A stretch of 58,428 nt of DNA, from positions 1 through 58,428 of the forward strand of contig JADFOP010000009.1 in the NCBI GenBank assembly GCA_022562795.1, in the 5' to 3' direction. Numbering within the stretch: position 1 is the stretch's first letter; every line of letters starts with the position of its first letter. Below are positions 55,812 to 58,428 of the stretch, piece by piece. The stretch is from Nitrospinota bacterium. GTDB taxonomy: Bacteria > JADFOP01. Position numbers and translations under genes: made by a program. The notes under the pieces are model-generated. The model saw only the letters and a program-made list of their open reading frames with translations. It had not been told where the DNA came from and made no database searches.

Positions 55812-58060
55812 CAGGCAACGGCTGAGTGCGGCTGGGTGTGGCCGCACCCCTTGGTCGGGCAGCGTGCGGAGGCCTGGCCGGACCGGTTGACCCTCTCGAC
55901 AAGGTAGGGCGACCCGCAATGTGGGCACGCCTCGGGGATGGGACGTTGCCAGGCGGCGAATCGGCAATCAGGATAGTTACTGCACCCGTAGAAGAGCTTG
56001 CCACGGCGGGAGTGCCGCTCGATGAGCTCTCCGCCGCATCCCTCCTCAGGACAAGCCATCCCTATAGTCTTGGGCTTCACGTAGCGACACTCGGGGTAGG
56101 ACGAGCAGGCGATGAAGGGGCCGAACCGGCCCTTGCGCACAGCCAGGGAGGCCCCACACTTGGGGCATGGGCCCTCGTCTGGCGCTATCTCTGGCCCGCC
56201 GCTTTCAGACGGTTTGGCGTCGAGGTCCCGAGTGTTCCGACAATCCGGGTAGTCCGAGCAAGCAAGGAATCGGCCGTACTTGCCCCATCGTTTCACCATG
56301 GGGCTTGAGCATTCCTCGCAGACTTCGTCGGTCGGCTCCACCTCTTCCTTGAGGTTTTTCATCTGGACTTCGGCCTTTTCCAGTCGCTCGGCGAAGGGCA
56401 CGTAGAAGGCTTCCAGGATCTCGACCCAATCCTTTTTCCCCTCCTCAATTTCGTCCAGGGCCTCCTCCATGTTGGCTGTGAACTCCACGTCCAGCAGGTC
56501 GGGAAAGCTCTTCACCAACAGGTCGGTCACCGTGAGGCCAAGCTCCGTTGGCATGAAGCGGCGATTTTCCACCTCCACGTACTCTCGGTCCTTAATGATG
56601 CTGAGGATGGAGGCGTAGGTGCTGGGCCGCCCGATGCCCTTCTCCTCGAGGACCCGCACCAGGGACGCTTCTGAGTAGCGGGGAGGCGGCTGGGTGAAGT
56701 GCTGGTTTGGAGTGAGCTCGCGAAGGGTGAGCCGCTCTCCGGCCTCCAGGGGCGGAAGGGCCTTGTCGGCCTCCTCCTCGCCGTTGTCCCGCCCCTCGGT
56801 GTATATCTTGGTGAAGCCGGGGAACTTGACAGCACGGCCGGTGGCCCGAAAGCCAAGCTCGCGTGCGGTGATCTCGACGGTCGTCTGATCGAACACGGCC
56901 GGGGCCATCTGGCTTGAGACGAACCGCTGCCAGATGAGCTGGTAGAGGCGCCACTCGGGCTCGCCGATGAGACCGCGGAGCCGCTCAGGCGTCCGCTCCA
57001 CATCGGTGGGGCGGATGGCCTCGTGCGCCTCCTGGGCCCTGCGACGGGCCTTGTAGACGGGCGGGCGGGCCGGCAGGTAGTTCTCGCCATAAGTTTGGGT
57101 GATGTAGGCGCGGGCGGCCGCTTGTGCCTCGGCGCTGACCCTGGGGGAATCGGTCCGCATATAGGTAATGAGGCCCACGGCCCCTTCCTCGCCTAGCTCG
57201 AGGCCCTCGTAGAGGCGCTGGGCCAAAGCCATAGTGCGGGCCGCTGAGAACCACAGCTTACGGGCGGCCTCCTGCTGGAGGGAGGCGGTGATGAAGGGTG
57301 CGACGGGATTGCGCCGCCGCTCCTTCTTCTCCACATTGGCCACCACGTAGTCGGCCCCCTCGAGGGCATCGAGAACCGCCCGGGCATCGGCCTCGGTGGC
57401 GAGCGCCGGCTTGTCCTCTCCAACCCTAACGAGCTTGGACGTGAAGGCGGGTGGCTTGGAGCCTTCGAGGGCGGCCTCGATCGTCCAGTACTCCTCGGTG
57501 ACGAAGGCCCGTATCTCGCGCTCTCGGTCGCATACGAGCCGCAGGGCCACCGACTGGACTCGCCCTGCGGAGAGCCCCCTCTTGACTTTGTCCCAAAGCA
57601 ACGGACTTATCTTGTAGCCCACGAGGCGGTCGAGGATTCGCCGGGCCTGCTGGGCGTTAACTTTGTCGAGGTCGATCTGGCCCGGATTGTCGAAGGCCTC
57701 CTTGACGGCCCTCGGGGTGATTTCGTTGAAGAGTACCCGGTGGATAGCCTGGGGGCCTTTGGTCTCTATCTCCTGTAAGACGTGCCAGGCGATGGCCTCG
57801 CCCTCCCGGTCCGGGTCCGGAGCGAGGAAGACCGCCTCGGCTCCCTTGGCCGCCTTCCGGAGCTCAGCAAGCGCCTTGCCTTTTCCCCTGATTACTTGAT
57901 AATGGGGCTTGAATGCGTTTTCAACCTCTACTCCGAGGCTCGATTTCGGCAGGTCCCTTACGTGTCCCATTGAGGCCTTGACCGTGTAGTCCTTGCCCAA
58001 GTACCGCTTCAGAGTCCGGGCCTTGGCCGGTGATTCGACGATGACGAGACGCTTTGCCAT
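55811..58060 (-). CDS. topA: DNA topoisomerase I with C-terminal zinc ribbons
   Basis: IVESPAKA, DPDREGEAI, SAGRVQS, ITYMRTDS, GIGRPSTY; C4 zinc-finger repeats. Confidence 0.97.
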   Translation of the reverse strand: MAKRLVIVESPAKARTLKRYLGKDYTVKASMGHVRDLPKSSLGVEVENAFKPHYQVIRGKGKALAELRKAAKGAEAVFLAPDPDREGEAIAWHVLQEIETKGPQAIHRVLFNEITPRAVKEAFDNPGQIDLDKVNAQQARRILDRLVGYKISPLLWDKVKRGLSAGRVQSVALRLVCDREREIRAFVTEEYWTIEAALEGSKPPAFTSKLVRVGEDKPALATEADARAVLDALEGADYVVANVEKKERRRNPVAPFITASLQQEAARKLWFSAARTMALAQRLYEGLELGEEGAVGLITYMRTDSPRVSAEAQAAARAYITQTYGENYLPARPPVYKARRRAQEAHEAIRPTDVERTPERLRGLIGEPEWRLYQLIWQRFVSSQMAPAVFDQTTVEITARELGFRATGRAVKFPGFTKIYTEGRDNGEEEADKALPPLEAGERLTLRELTPNQHFTQPPPRYSEASLVRVLEEKGIGRPSTYASILSIIKDREYVEVENRRFMPTELGLTVTDLLVKSFPDLLDVEFTANMEEALDEIEEGKKDWVEILEAFYVPFAERLEKAEVQMKNLKEEVEPTDEVCEECSSPMVKRWGKYGRFLACSDYPDCRNTRDLDAKPSESGGPEIAPDEGPCPKCGASLAVRKGRFGPFIACSSYPECRYVKPKTIGMACPEEGCGGELIERHSRRGKLFYGCSNYPDCRFAAWQRPIPEACPHCGSPYLVERVNRSGQASARCPTKGCGHTQPHSAVA

Positions 58061-58069
58061 TGGGAGACC

Positions 58070-58428
58070 TCAGTGGTGGGCGCGGGGCAGGGGCGGGGCG
58101 CCTCCGGCAGTCGGGCCCGGGCCGTAGCAGCTGTCGGGCCCTCGGGCCACAAGACCTTTGAGTTCCAGTTGCACTAGAAGCCCTGAGACGGCGCTCGGGG
58201 CCAGTCCACTCTCTTCTATCATCCTATCTATAGGACGAGGCTCTTCTTGAATCAAGGCCAAAAGCGCCCGCTCAGACGCCGAGACCCGTGGAGCGGGTGG
58301 GACGAGGACGCTCGCGGGCTCCGGCTCGGATGTTGAAACTCCCTCAGCCGCCTGGGCCTCTTCGAGCATTGCGCGGAAATGGAGCGGAAGCGCATCGATG
58401 ATGTCTTCGACCCCCTCAACGAGGGTCG
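58070..58428 (-). CDS. dprA: DNA-processing protein DprA, C-terminal part (gene begins outside the window)
   Basis: LVEGVEDIIDAL...; winged-helix ID.MI..SGL....VS..L..LELKGLV; directly upstream of topA. Confidence 0.8.
   Translation of the reverse strand, partial: TLVEGVEDIIDALPLHFRAMLEEAQAAEGVSTSEPEPASVLVPPAPRVSASERALLALIQEEPRPIDRMIEESGLAPSAVSGLLVQLELKGLVARGPDSCYGPGPTAGGAPPLPRAHH

Noticed and set aside
47327-58428. dprA-topA-trmFO-xerC-hslVU-argBDFG superoperon as a novelty
   Set aside because: This gene order is familiar from several bacterial lineages and is ordinary housekeeping synteny.

Overview
GC-rich bacterial DNA from a diderm organism (AsmA, lipoproteins, MltD-like enzyme); the taxon cannot be fixed from sequence alone. 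About 52 kb (6.2-58.4 kb) is housekeeping: AsmA-like protein, divergent gshB/gshA, a partial complex I cluster (nuoEF-JKLMN), class II aldolase, RNase E/G, Ca/Na antiporter, LysM lytic transglycosylase, deoxyhypusine-synthase-like enzyme, split hydantoinase/oxoprolinase, B12 radical SAM plus GT4, cysE, a cysteine desulfurase, an ABC-2 exporter, DUF151-PDZ, EamA/LysR and the dprA-topA-trmFO-xerC-hslVU-argBDFG block. The accessory part is 1989-6177. There, a truncated REP-associated (RAYT-like) tyrosine transposase is joined in frame to a phage-tail-like gene fragment, followed by a small tail-like gene cluster carrying 15-17 bp palindromes (TCCGCCTNAGGCGGA) and a GTAG-type REP doublet. The most striking detail is a tandem duplicate of a gene's 5' end in which internal segments appear to have been replaced by the palindrome. 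Two candidate structured leader RNAs (before nuoE and before rne) and two single-base frameshifts in C-runs were also seen. No rRNA, tRNA, CRISPR array or reverse transcriptase was found. All product calls come from recognising motifs by eye, not from database searches.
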